Positions 1 to 9,900 of a DNA stretch of 38,083 nt are shown piece by piece. Under the pieces are notes generated by a model. The model had not been told where the DNA came from, searched no databases, and worked only from the letters and a program-made list of their open reading frames with translations. The translations under genes were made by a program, and so were the position numbers. Numbering within the stretch: position 1 is the first letter of the stretch; each line of letters opens with the position of its first letter. This DNA comes from an uncultured Bacteroides sp. (GTDB lineage Bacteria > Bacillota > Clostridia > Lachnospirales > Lachnospiraceae), in NCBI GenBank assembly GCA_964465725.1, contig CAYXKS010000002.1, positions 1-38,083 on the forward strand, read 5' to 3'.

Positions 1-14
1 TCTGTTCTTCCCAT
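1..14 (-). CDS. 5' end of a gene running off the window (MGRT...)
   Basis: Minus strand reads AAGGGAGGAAAGATAC-ATG GGA AGA ACA: strong SD followed by ATG at 14; only 4 codons visible. Confidence 0.5.
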
Positions 15-125
15 GTATCTTTCCTCCCTTATTCAATTTTCCATATAAGGGATTCGTTAAGATTAAATGACAGGTCACAGACGTGATATCAGAACTTCAG
101 ATTCCCAGATATGTTGTTTGGAAAT

Positions 126-155
126 ATAATAGCATAATGTATTGTATTTTGTAAA
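126..155 (-). promoter_or_regulatory. Putative sigmaA promoter for the leftward gene
   Basis: Minus strand TTTACA-N18-TATTAT with TG upstream of the -10. Confidence 0.4.
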
Positions 156-178
156 GTATTTTCTTCTTGACATCACTC

Positions 179-206
179 TTGTAAAATCTCATACATATAG
201 TATAAT
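179..206 (+). promoter_or_regulatory. Putative sigmaA promoter for the ABC exporter
   Basis: TTGTAA(179-184)-N16-TATAAT(201-206), about 70 bp upstream of the ATG at 279. Confidence 0.45.
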
Positions 207-278
207 GAAAATGACCTCTCGAATCGGTATCTACTCCGTACAGTTGTTGTCCATATGCCCTCTTGAAAGGATCCTGTT

Positions 279-1979
279 ATGCTGAATAAATTTCACACCT
301 TAACGAACTATTTAGATCAAAAGAGTCATAAATCCCTTTTCCTTCTAGCATTCCTCCATTTACTGTACCCTGTTATCGACGTCTTCAGCATCTCTGCTAT
401 CATACCTGTCCTGAATAATATAGTAAATTATCCCGTTTCTACAATGCATATTCTGCAGATGCTCTTATTGGGATTCATCTTTTTAGCAAAAGGTTTTTTC
501 AATTTATTAATCCATAAAGTTTCATGTAATTTTGTGCGAGATACAGCTTATTCATGGTCCGTCAAGGTTTATGAGCTGTACAATAAAGAAGATCTTCTTA
601 CCCATAATCAGAAATCTGCCATGCAGACGCTTGCGGGAGTCCTTAGCGATACAGAAACCTGTGCCTCCATCCTTATTACAACCATAAACCTTTTTATCCA
701 TTCTCTGACATTCATCGGATATTTTTTTGTCACAGTCTATCTCTCTACCTGGATCGGTCTGATCAGCTGTACCCTGATTATCGTATTGACAGTCCTGCTC
801 CTGTTCCTTAACCGTGCACGTATTGAAGCATACGGTGACAGGAAAAGGGAAGCCAATATTAAGGTAAATTCTCAGATCTCTACCGCCTATGGCGCTTATA
901 AAGAAATAAAAATAGACAGGCGTATGGAAAACATGCTGAAAAAATTTGCGCACGCCAATAAAGAATATACTCAGATCAGGAAAAATTTTGATTTCACAAA
1001 CCAAATTGTCAGCATCCTGCTGCAAAACATTCTGCTTGCATCCTTCTTTTTCCTTCTGGCCGCCCTGCTCTTGTCAGGAATCGTCCTTACAGATTTCCTG
1101 ACTGCTCTGGCTGCCTGTATCCTGCTCCTCATCCGTATGCTGTCGGAGGCAAATACGATATCGGTATCTGTTAACAGTTTATATTTCGGGAAAAAAAGTT
1201 ATGAAATATTCAGAACTAATATGAATCGTTACCAGGCTATGAAAGAAGATGAAATGGCAATTTCCCGTCTGCGCAGAAAAGCCATTACATTGAACAGCCG
1301 TCTGCAGATTGAGCACCTGACTTTCGCTTATCCAGAAGGCGAGTCTATTTTCGAAGATGCTTCTATCGAAATTTGCCCTGGAAGTTCCACCGCGGTCATC
1401 GGGAACTCCGGTATAGGGAAAACCACGTTCCTTGATTTATTATTGGGTCTGCTCACGCCGCAGTCCGGCCATATCTGGTATGATGATTACGATCTTGTAG
1501 ACGGGAAAGATCTTCAAGGAAAGTGCCATGCCGATCTGGGTGATGTTGTCAGCTATATCCCTCAGACAATTTATCTGAACGGTGAAACGATACGAAATAA
1601 TGTAGCGTTTATGCTTGATGAGGACAGTGGAAATGAGAACCGGATCATCGAATGTTTAAAGCGCTGCCAGATATGGGAAGATATCCGGAAAATGCCTGAT
1701 GGCATCGATACATTGATCGGTGAAAACGGAACTGCGATCTCCGGCGGGCAACGCCAGCGCATTGCCCTGGCACGCGCCTTATACAAAGATTTTAAGATCC
1801 TTATTATGGATGAAGCCACAGCCGCCCTGGATCTTGAGACTGAGGCTGCCGTTATCGATTCCATCCGGCAATTGGAAGGAAAAAAAACACTGCTGATGGT
1901 CACACACCACAGGTCTTTGGCGAATGTGTGTGAGCATATATATAAGATTGAAAATAAAAGATTTGTCAAAATAAGGTAA
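279..1979 (+). CDS. ABC exporter, fused TMD+NBD, PglK/HetA/Wzk-like (glycan-locus flippase type)
   Basis: N-terminal hydrophobic helices; Walker A GNSGIGKTT, signature ISGGQRQRIALARALY, Walker B ILIMDEATAALD, H-loop VTHH; located in a glycosyltransferase cluster. Confidence 0.85.
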   Translation: MLNKFHTLTNYLDQKSHKSLFLLAFLHLLYPVIDVFSISAIIPVLNNIVNYPVSTMHILQMLLLGFIFLAKGFFNLLIHKVSCNFVRDTAYSWSVKVYELYNKEDLLTHNQKSAMQTLAGVLSDTETCASILITTINLFIHSLTFIGYFFVTVYLSTWIGLISCTLIIVLTVLLLFLNRARIEAYGDRKREANIKVNSQISTAYGAYKEIKIDRRMENMLKKFAHANKEYTQIRKNFDFTNQIVSILLQNILLASFFFLLAALLLSGIVLTDFLTALAACILLLIRMLSEANTISVSVNSLYFGKKSYEIFRTNMNRYQAMKEDEMAISRLRRKAITLNSRLQIEHLTFAYPEGESIFEDASIEICPGSSTAVIGNSGIGKTTFLDLLLGLLTPQSGHIWYDDYDLVDGKDLQGKCHADLGDVVSYIPQTIYLNGETIRNNVAFMLDEDSGNENRIIECLKRCQIWEDIRKMPDGIDTLIGENGTAISGGQRQRIALARALYKDFKILIMDEATAALDLETEAAVIDSIRQLEGKKTLLMVTHHRSLANVCEHIYKIENKRFVKIR

Positions 1980-1984
1980 ACCCG

Positions 1985-2159
1985 GTTCTGGCAATCTGCC
2001 GCGCCACAGCCGCATCTTATCCACGATTATCTTAAAGCTTTTGCGCTCCCCTGCTTCTTTTCCCAGATAGATAAACTGCGCATCCACCGGTTCCAGTTCC
2101 TCCGGCTTCACCGCTTGTCTGCCATGGAACAGCACGCCGTTCACCTGATCCGCAAATAG
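1985..2159 (-). pseudogene. Fragment of an Rpn-family (PD-(D/E)XK) recombination-promoting nuclease/putative transposase
   Basis: Translates LFADQVNGVLFHGRQAVKPEELEPVD..., resembling the FAD..NG.LF.G.QV.KPEEL N-terminal motif of Lachnospiraceae Rpn proteins; truncated at both ends. Confidence 0.6.
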
Positions 2160-2161
2160 TC

Positions 2162-2488
2162 CTACATGAAACTAATTATCAGTTCCTTTGCTTCGTTCCA
2201 TAAATCCTCTGGACATTCTTCTTTAAACTGAGCATTCTGAACACCAATATCTAACATTTTCGCTTGATCACACAGTATCACACCGGTTGTCTGCGTCCGT
2301 TCGTCCAATTTAATATGAAATGGATGTTTTTTATTAGTATTTGTTATAGGACAAACCAATGCTAATGAACTATGATGATTTAAAATATCATTACTCAAGA
2401 CTAGTGCTGGTCTTCTTCCACTCTGTTCATGACCCTTCTGAGGGTTAAAATCCATAACAATTATGTCGCCTTGTTTATAAATTACCAA
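2162..2488 (-). CDS. mazF: Type II TA toxin, PemK/MazF-family endoribonuclease
   Basis: QGDII.MDFNPQKGHEQSGRRPALVLS, VCPIT and GVILCDQ.KMLD are canonical PemK/MazF motifs; TTG start overlaps the upstream TAA. Confidence 0.92.
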   Translation of the reverse strand: MVIYKQGDIIVMDFNPQKGHEQSGRRPALVLSNDILNHHSSLALVCPITNTNKKHPFHIKLDERTQTTGVILCDQAKMLDIGVQNAQFKEECPEDLWNEAKELIISFM

Positions 2489-2600
2489 ATTTCATTACCC
2501 TTTGGATCACCTACGTCAACCTCCTGTGTACTTTCGACATAAATTTCGTCAATCAATCTTTTGTAGAATGCCTCCAACCTTTCTGTTAAATTTATCTTAA
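2482..2600 (-). pseudogene. mazE: 3' remnant of an AbrB/MazE antitoxin
   Basis: Frame reads KINLTERLEAFYKRLIDEIYVESTQEVDVGDPKGNEIW*, matching the E.D.G.P.G.E.W MazE C-terminus; stop overlaps the mazF start (TTGGTAA); no AbrB N-terminal domain upstream. Confidence 0.75.
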
Positions 2601-2670
2601 GAAAGTGTACTTTGAGACTGGCTGTTACGCTGAGTACTTGATATAATAAAAGTAAAAAAGGAGATTCGTT

Positions 2671-3813
2671 ATGCCCGATCTGATATCTGTTATCATACCT
2701 GTATATAATGCCGCACCTTACATAAGTACCTGCATCCAGTCCGTCTTACATCAGACTTACTCCTGCTTTGAGCTACTCTTGGTAGATGACGGCTCACAGG
2801 ATGAAAGCAAGGACATCTGTGAAAAAATCAGCCTGACAGACAATCGGATCCGTTTCTTTCCACAAGAGCATAGAGGCGTGTCCGTTGCAAGGAACAAAGC
2901 CCTCAATGCTGCAAAAGGTAGCTATGTTTTTTTCCTCGACAGTGATGATGTCATCCACCCCTGTCTACTTGAAACTTTACATACAGTTTTAAACAGGACA
3001 CAGGCATCTATGGCAGCTACCGAGTATTGTTTCAGAAAAGCCGGTGCAATGCAGCAATTCGAAAGGAATGAAATTGCCCCCCCCCACCTCCACACACATA
3101 ATTTTAGTGATTACATCTATCTGACTAATGATATCGTGTTGGATTTGTTTGCACAACGTCATACCCATTTACTATACGGCCTCGGTGGGATCATAGTTTC
3201 GCGTACTCAAATAGCTTCTCTTTTATTCGACGAAAGGCTGACTCACGGAGAAGATACTAAGTTCGTCTATCAGGCTTTATTATTAGGTGCAGATGTCGCT
3301 ATTCTGCATAAACAATGGTACTATTACAGGATACATGAGAAAAACAGCAGAACCATACGGACTAAAAATTCCTGCCACAGTATGTATAAATGCGAATGCT
3401 ACATGCGCGACAATGAAATCAAATGCAATAGGATTACCAACGCACTTAAGCTGGAGCAAGGTTTATTAACCCGTATATGCGAATGGTATATAATGGGACG
3501 CCGAAATCATGATATAGCATTGTGCAGCTATCTAAGGAAAATCGCTACAAGAGAAAGTCACTCGGATATTTTTCGTCAACTCTGTCTTAACGACAGAATA
3601 AACTTTTCCCTAATATTTCACTGCCCCCCATCCTACTGGATACTCAATGCATTTCGTTCATTAAATATTTATTTTACAGTACTTTACAACTTTTTTATAG
3701 ATAAACACAGTTTTGCAAAAATTCTTGAAAATCAATACTTTAATCCAAAAAAAACCTTATGCGGCTACCTCTCTCCCTTCCAATGCATCTTGCATATATT
3801 CTGGAAACACTGA
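2671..3813 (+). CDS. Glycosyltransferase family 2
   Basis: ISVIIPVYN, LVDDGSQD, GVSVARN, FFLDSDD, GED motifs; AAGGAG RBS. Confidence 0.92.
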   Translation: MPDLISVIIPVYNAAPYISTCIQSVLHQTYSCFELLLVDDGSQDESKDICEKISLTDNRIRFFPQEHRGVSVARNKALNAAKGSYVFFLDSDDVIHPCLLETLHTVLNRTQASMAATEYCFRKAGAMQQFERNEIAPPHLHTHNFSDYIYLTNDIVLDLFAQRHTHLLYGLGGIIVSRTQIASLLFDERLTHGEDTKFVYQALLLGADVAILHKQWYYYRIHEKNSRTIRTKNSCHSMYKCECYMRDNEIKCNRITNALKLEQGLLTRICEWYIMGRRNHDIALCSYLRKIATRESHSDIFRQLCLNDRINFSLIFHCPPSYWILNAFRSLNIYFTVLYNFFIDKHSFAKILENQYFNPKKTLCGYLSPFQCILHIFWKH

Positions 3814-4119
3814 ACAAAGCTGGATGTAAATTTTTCCAACTAAGTTTCTGTAATATGGAAAAACTCTATCAGTGCATTTATGATGATGCACATGGAAGGG
3901 CTGAATGTGATGTCCTCCACTTCATCCAGCAAACGCAGCACATTCATGAGGCCGAGTGTCGAAGGCTGCCTCATTCATCATCTAAGGAAACATTTTTCAT
4001 GTTTATGGAAAGACCGCTAGAATTATGAATAACGCAGATAATTCGGGAACAATAGGATAAGATCGAAGCCTACTATGTTCATGGACTTCTTAAGTAACAC
4101 AAACTTTCCCTGATTTTTT

Positions 4120-5151
4120 TCAAGAACTACTCCTCCATATTAATAATAGCCTGCTAATTGCATTCGTTAATGCCCTGCCAGCATGTGGATGTTTTCTTAC
4201 AATCCACATAGCTATTTTTTTGTATACAGCAACATTAGGTGCACTCATATAAAAACCTACATAACGCTCGAGTTCTCTCATGCAAACCTTCCAATCTTCA
4301 CATGCAGGTGAAAAATCATCCTTATTCCCCCTCATGCTTTCTTCATACCAATATACCATAAACCGGAACGCGTACTGAAGCTTATGCGCCACAAAATCTT
4401 CACTCTTTATTCTATTTCCTACATCCATAATAGGCTTTAGCGCATAACATATTTCTTTCACAGTATATCTGTTTGTTGAGGAACTTCTTTCATGTTTACA
4501 GTAAAAATATCCCCGAAACGGTACAATTTCCATAAATCCATTACAATAACTTATATATTTGCAGACAAAAGCAAAATCTTCAAAAGCAACTACATCCTCC
4601 GGACATAATATAACTGGATTTCCTTCTGCATCCATGATTATTTCTCTTCGAAACAACACCGAGCAAAGGCTCATTTGAATTTGTTCCCACATAACCATTG
4701 TCAATGCCTGCTGTGGACACCGAACTCGCTGTCCCTTCAAACGATACTGACATAATTTAGGTCTTCCTTCTCCATTACAAAATAGAAGTCCGCATGTTGA
4801 CAGATCATTTCCCCTGTCTATACTTTCCACCAATTTTTCAATCATAGAAGCATGAATCATATCATCAGCATCAACAAATCCAATATACTTTCCTCTTACA
4901 AAATGTAACCCATAATTGCGGGCCTTAGCGCTTCCACCATGAGGAATACTATATATTTTTATCATCGATTCCTGCAATCCATGTTTCTCCTTAAACCTCA
5001 GCACAGTTTTTTCTGTATCATCTGTAGATCCATCATTGACCACTACTATTTCTAAATTTTTGTACGTTGAAGCAAGAATGCTTTGTAGACAGCGTTCTAT
5101 CCTTTTTTCTTCTTGAAACGCAGGTACGACAATCGATACCAGTTCATCCAT
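4120..5151 (-). CDS. Glycosyltransferase family 2
   Basis: VSIVVPAFQEE, VVNDGSTD, ARNYG, GFVDADD, FED motifs. Confidence 0.92.
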   Translation of the reverse strand: MDELVSIVVPAFQEEKRIERCLQSILASTYKNLEIVVVNDGSTDDTEKTVLRFKEKHGLQESMIKIYSIPHGGSAKARNYGLHFVRGKYIGFVDADDMIHASMIEKLVESIDRGNDLSTCGLLFCNGEGRPKLCQYRLKGQRVRCPQQALTMVMWEQIQMSLCSVLFRREIIMDAEGNPVILCPEDVVAFEDFAFVCKYISYCNGFMEIVPFRGYFYCKHERSSSTNRYTVKEICYALKPIMDVGNRIKSEDFVAHKLQYAFRFMVYWYEESMRGNKDDFSPACEDWKVCMRELERYVGFYMSAPNVAVYKKIAMWIVRKHPHAGRALTNAISRLLLIWRSSS

Positions 5152-5218
5152 AACAGCTCCATGTCTCCGCTCAATCTATTCTGGTCCATGTAAGTATCTG
5201 ATATTATAGAGCAATACT

Positions 5219-6412
5219 TTACTCTAATATTACATTTATCCATTCTTGAACCTTATCAAATATATTTAAATCTTCTCTTCGTTCCAAACTCTTTTGCCTG
5301 TATTTTTCTCTTTTTTTGCTATCGCCCAGCAACCTTATCATGGCTTCAGCCATCTTTTGTTCTGCATACTCCAACGGCTCATGATCTTGATATTTTCTGC
5401 CACTACATACAGGAATCAATATCCCATACTCCGTTTCAAGAACATCATTCACTCTCTCTCCCTCTGCATCAAGATCAGGCGCCAATATTTCTCTCGCTCC
5501 CGAATGTACATCTGTTGCGATACAAGGCACTCCACAACACACTGCCTCCGCTAATGCATTAGGATACCCTTCAAATAATGACGGAAGAACAAAAACATCA
5601 GCATTCGCTAAATAGCCATAAGGATTATCACTATATCCAGCGAGAATAATCTTTTCTTTCAAATCGAATAGATTAATTAATTTCTGTAAATATTCTTTCA
5701 AAATTCCATCTCCAAGAATATACAGCTTTGCATTCGGCTCTTTCTTTAAAACATCTGAAAACGCCCTGACCAAATGCCATTGTCCTTTTTGATTGACCAC
5801 TCTTCCTATTGTAACTACTATTTTTTCCTTCGCAGCATTTCCTTCCTTTCCAAATACGCCTTTCTCCATTCCCTTTCTTATTAGCTTATAGTCATAACCA
5901 TTTGTAATAGTTCTTATTTTTTTTTCGGGCATCTTCAATTGTTCAACTAATTTTTTTTCAATTTCTTTTGATACCGCAACTATATTATCAGCGTATTTAA
6001 ATAAACATCTGGTTAAAGGCAAAAAAATAATCTTGGCACACAATTCATTTTCTTCTGCCATCACATCTGTTCTTATAGAAACAATTGTCTTACAATATTT
6101 ATTCCCGGAAAGGACATTAGAAATATTAGCACTATCCAAAAAACTTATGCACGCTTCATAGTCTTTGTTCTTCTTTATCTTTCTCAAATATATTGTTCGT
6201 CTTATAACATTACCAACAAAATACACCGCTGATTTTTTTTCAGGTCTTGACAGAGACAATATATTCCCCTTATAAGGATATCCTATCAAAGACTCATCAT
6301 CTAAAAGAATATCAATATTCCAATCTTCCGGAAAATGAGTCGTTAAATTTGATATCGCCCTTTCTGCGCCCCCTCTATGCAACGCTTCTATGACAAACAG
6401 TACTTTTTTCAT
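5219..6412 (-). CDS. Glycosyltransferase family 4
   Basis: GGAERA N-terminus, IGRV..QKG, PSLFEGYPNALAEA (EX7E). Confidence 0.92.
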   Translation of the reverse strand: MKKVLFVIEALHRGGAERAISNLTTHFPEDWNIDILLDDESLIGYPYKGNILSLSRPEKKSAVYFVGNVIRRTIYLRKIKKNKDYEACISFLDSANISNVLSGNKYCKTIVSIRTDVMAEENELCAKIIFLPLTRCLFKYADNIVAVSKEIEKKLVEQLKMPEKKIRTITNGYDYKLIRKGMEKGVFGKEGNAAKEKIVVTIGRVVNQKGQWHLVRAFSDVLKKEPNAKLYILGDGILKEYLQKLINLFDLKEKIILAGYSDNPYGYLANADVFVLPSLFEGYPNALAEAVCCGVPCIATDVHSGAREILAPDLDAEGERVNDVLETEYGILIPVCSGRKYQDHEPLEYAEQKMAEAMIRLLGDSKKREKYRQKSLERREDLNIFDKVQEWINVILE

Positions 6413-6429
6413 TCCGATTCACGATCTCC

Positions 6430-7635
6430 TTACGATAACATACTTAAAAGCTTCTCTATTTCTTTTAAACCGTCTACCTGCTTTTTCTTTGATGCCGCAA
6501 AGCTGTACCTCCTCCGCATTTCTGGATCATTTGCCAGCTCTAATACATTTTCGGCTATGGCCTCTGGTGTTAACTTACATATTTTTCCATCCACCCCATC
6601 TTCTACCTGCTCACGTACCCCTCCATATTCGGATACTAATATAGCACAACCCAAAGTCTGTGCCTCCTCAATCGCAATACTTTTTCCTTCAAGATAAGTT
6701 GCATGTACATACAGATCGCATTGTGCATAATAAGGAAATGGATTATTTACAGTTCCTAAGAAAATAAAATCATTTTGCAATCCAAACATTCGTACCTGTT
6801 CTTCCAGTTTTTTACGTAGTTTTCCTTCTCCTAATACATACCACCTAAATGGCTTATCAGTCTCCTTCAAAATCTTCATTGCTCTGATTTCCATATCGAA
6901 TGCTTTTTCTGGAACCAGTCTTCCAACTGTCAGAATTCGAAATCCTTTATAACCATCAGAAAATCCACCTTTATCTTTTGACTTGAGGATGATTTGTCTC
7001 CTATCCACAAGGTTATAGAACACGTTTGTACACTTCCTGCATTCAGGATAACTTGATATGAACTCTTCTTTTACATTTTTCGCCACTGCAAATATATGAT
7101 CAAATTCTAAATAACAATTTTCATCCAATTTTCTGTTATACCCTGCAAGATTATAATTTGTATGTATAAATGCAACCTTTTTCTTTGCCTTTACATGAGA
7201 CGCTACATAATATGTTGAACCACCTTCTAAGTAAGCCACGGCCAAATCATATTCCTTATCTAATTTTTGTGCACCATCAGAAAGAATTTTCCATAACAGT
7301 TTGTCTATTTGAATCTTTCCTTTTGTCAGCATATCCCAAAGATTTCCCGTAACATATCCAATTCTTTTATACAAGGCTCCTGAGATAAACAGTGCCTTCA
7401 TCACAGTCTTTATTAACCTTATCTTCCCTGCATGATCTAACACAGATATCGGATAATATTGTTTGTTTACTACATTTACGCTCTCTGGTATTTGATCAAT
7501 CAGCTCCCCCTGACCGGTAAGTACGAATAAATCCACATCATAAACATCCCTATCTATTTGTCTCAATAACTCCAAAATTGCCCTTTCTCCACCTCCCATG
7601 CCCATAGTATTGATCACAAACAATATTGATTTCAT
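6430..7635 (-). CDS. Glycosyltransferase family 4
   Basis: GMGGGERA, TVGRLVPEKAFD, YLEGKSIAIEEA (EX7E). Confidence 0.92.
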   Translation of the reverse strand: MKSILFVINTMGMGGGERAILELLRQIDRDVYDVDLFVLTGQGELIDQIPESVNVVNKQYYPISVLDHAGKIRLIKTVMKALFISGALYKRIGYVTGNLWDMLTKGKIQIDKLLWKILSDGAQKLDKEYDLAVAYLEGGSTYYVASHVKAKKKVAFIHTNYNLAGYNRKLDENCYLEFDHIFAVAKNVKEEFISSYPECRKCTNVFYNLVDRRQIILKSKDKGGFSDGYKGFRILTVGRLVPEKAFDMEIRAMKILKETDKPFRWYVLGEGKLRKKLEEQVRMFGLQNDFIFLGTVNNPFPYYAQCDLYVHATYLEGKSIAIEEAQTLGCAILVSEYGGVREQVEDGVDGKICKLTPEAIAENVLELANDPEMRRRYSFAASKKKQVDGLKEIEKLLSMLS

Positions 7636-7636
7636 A

Positions 7637-9853
7637 TCATTCTCCCGCTAAATTATATGGCTTATCAACATCCTGCTTAAAATAATAACAAACAAAATTT
7701 TCGTCTTCATAGTATACATTCAATTCTGACGGATGCTTCTGCAAAAAATCCTGACACCATTCATAGATTTTTGATTCCACAATCGTACGTAGATTTATAT
7801 AAAGTTCCCAGTTATCACTTAAATACTCCGGCAATTCTTCCTGTGCTGCCTCTTTGGAAATTTCAGTAGCTACTATCTCCATATCTCTGCTCCTTGCCAA
7901 CCATGAAGGCCCATTAAAATAATACTCTTGAAAATACTCAATCGGTCTCTTTTCAATATACAGAAAAACATATTCTGTCGAAAGTGAATATTTCTCAGTA
8001 TTACAATTCTTAAGGAATTTTAAAATTTCTTCATGCTCACCAAAAAGTTCAATCTGAGGTTTTTCCTCAATAGGAGATACAATTGTATAGCTTCCCGGTA
8101 CAAATTCGTTAATAATATCATTTGTCACCAATACCGCAGCCTCATAACGATTCAAAGAATAATATAAATATTCATGAAAAATCCCTAGTTGATTAATGGC
8201 TATATAAAGACCAACGACAAAAATATAAGATGCTTTCTGCATGATATATTCTTTATAATAACGTGCACTTAATGTAAATAGAATATCCGCCGGCATCATC
8301 ATTACTGCAAAAATCATCAAAAATCCCTCTGGGCAAAAACGATGGTTAGGAATAATGACCGGAAGCCCTAATTCTGGTGACGCATAAGCCGCATAAATCA
8401 ACATAGATAAAAAGGAAATTAAAACAACCGGCATATACAAACTACTTATCTTATTAATATATTTACATGAAAATACTCTGCCCATAAAACAAATAAGGAT
8501 AACTCCAATAGTAATTCCGAAAATTCGTCTACCTCTTACCTGTTTAAACGTCCCCTGATATCCAAATTTATACGTAATTTTTATAAGATTTTCTACTTTT
8601 ATAATACCTTTTATAATATGTTGTGCAGTATCTGGTAATTTTTCTAAAATTATCCAATCTTCAGAAGTAGGATCTAACACCCCACTGACACTTTTGACCT
8701 CTCCAGTTTCAGTTTCTAATACTGCAGTAGAGTTTTTATCATTACTGTTTATAACTTTTACTCCCCAATTAATAGATCTTTGAAACGGAATTCCCGACGC
8801 AAGTGCTCCAGCCACAGGCAATATTGCTATTGCACACCCCATAAACACTGAAATTATCAATGGTATCAAATACTTAACATTTATCACTTTTCTAATACTA
8901 AACAAGGCAAATGAAGCACACAAAATAAATGCCATAAGTGTTACATAGTAATGTGTTGATAAAGTAGCCGCCAGTGACATTATAAACAATATCAGATCTG
9001 TGCTCCAAAAAAATTTCGATGTTCTCTCCTTTTTGAAAATACATTTTGCATTTCTTAAATACCGAATCAAAAACAATGCACATAAAAATTGCGTATGCAG
9101 GCCAAATTCCATAGGAAGTGTTACCGGAAGCCTGTACATCCCATGATGATTGTTAACATTTATAATGAGAAATAAACTTATTACAAAGATTGGTGTATAT
9201 CGCCAAGAAAAAATTTCTCTGAACAGACAATACGCCGAAAGCAGAAACACCATTAAATGAATACATTGTAGATATAACATTATATTGTATATACGAATAT
9301 CAAATAAGGCATATAAGCAATATATAAAACTATGCATTGCCGCCGGATAAATACCATCAGGAAATATTTCTCCTCCTATCATCCTATTTATCCAGCCATG
9401 ATGGGTAATCAAATCATAACAACCATACGTATGTATCTGAAAAGAACCGTACGAGAAATAGATTATTCCAAAGATAATAACACTCAACAAGAGACTGTAT
9501 TCCCCAAGGCTTAAATATACATCACTCCATAATTTTCGAATCTGTCTTAGTACCGTCTGTTTGAGACAACTGAATTGCTGACCTCTTCTCAAGGAAACAG
9601 AACGCCAAATTGCCAGCAAAAATGTTCCATAGAAAAAAAGGGCCACTATTATTCTATTCAATATATGAAAAAGTCCTAATGTCAAAACAACGGTATTAAT
9701 AATGATAATTTGAACGGTAACACAGAAACCAAAGCCATATGTCTTTGACTTTCCTCTTAGATGATTTCTAAAAATAACCATTGGCCAAATGAACATTAAA
9801 AAAACATACCCCCAAAAAACCTTCCCATATTCCATTCCCCAATATACATCCAT
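7637..9853 (-). CDS. Large polytopic membrane protein, putative GT-C-fold glycosyltransferase (paralog of 18392-20851)
   Basis: Many TM segments plus a soluble C-terminal domain; loop motif YDLITHHGWI...GIYPAAMH; collinear motifs shared with the 819-aa protein. The CDS is certain; function is inferred. Confidence 0.7.
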   Translation of the reverse strand: MDVYWGMEYGKVFWGYVFLMFIWPMVIFRNHLRGKSKTYGFGFCVTVQIIIINTVVLTLGLFHILNRIIVALFFYGTFLLAIWRSVSLRRGQQFSCLKQTVLRQIRKLWSDVYLSLGEYSLLLSVIIFGIIYFSYGSFQIHTYGCYDLITHHGWINRMIGGEIFPDGIYPAAMHSFIYCLYALFDIRIYNIMLYLQCIHLMVFLLSAYCLFREIFSWRYTPIFVISLFLIINVNNHHGMYRLPVTLPMEFGLHTQFLCALFLIRYLRNAKCIFKKERTSKFFWSTDLILFIMSLAATLSTHYYVTLMAFILCASFALFSIRKVINVKYLIPLIISVFMGCAIAILPVAGALASGIPFQRSINWGVKVINSNDKNSTAVLETETGEVKSVSGVLDPTSEDWIILEKLPDTAQHIIKGIIKVENLIKITYKFGYQGTFKQVRGRRIFGITIGVILICFMGRVFSCKYINKISSLYMPVVLISFLSMLIYAAYASPELGLPVIIPNHRFCPEGFLMIFAVMMMPADILFTLSARYYKEYIMQKASYIFVVGLYIAINQLGIFHEYLYYSLNRYEAAVLVTNDIINEFVPGSYTIVSPIEEKPQIELFGEHEEILKFLKNCNTEKYSLSTEYVFLYIEKRPIEYFQEYYFNGPSWLARSRDMEIVATEISKEAAQEELPEYLSDNWELYINLRTIVESKIYEWCQDFLQKHPSELNVYYEDENFVCYYFKQDVDKPYNLAGE

Positions 9854-9900
9854 ATCTCTATCCCTTACTGTTACTATTTTTGCTATTTATCAAACAAATT

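Noticed and set aside
3759-4028. 89-aa plus-strand ORF after the GT2, possibly joined by slippage at A8 (3747-3754)
   Set aside because: No RBS or recognisable family, and the GT2 already has a plausible C-terminus; at most a remnant.
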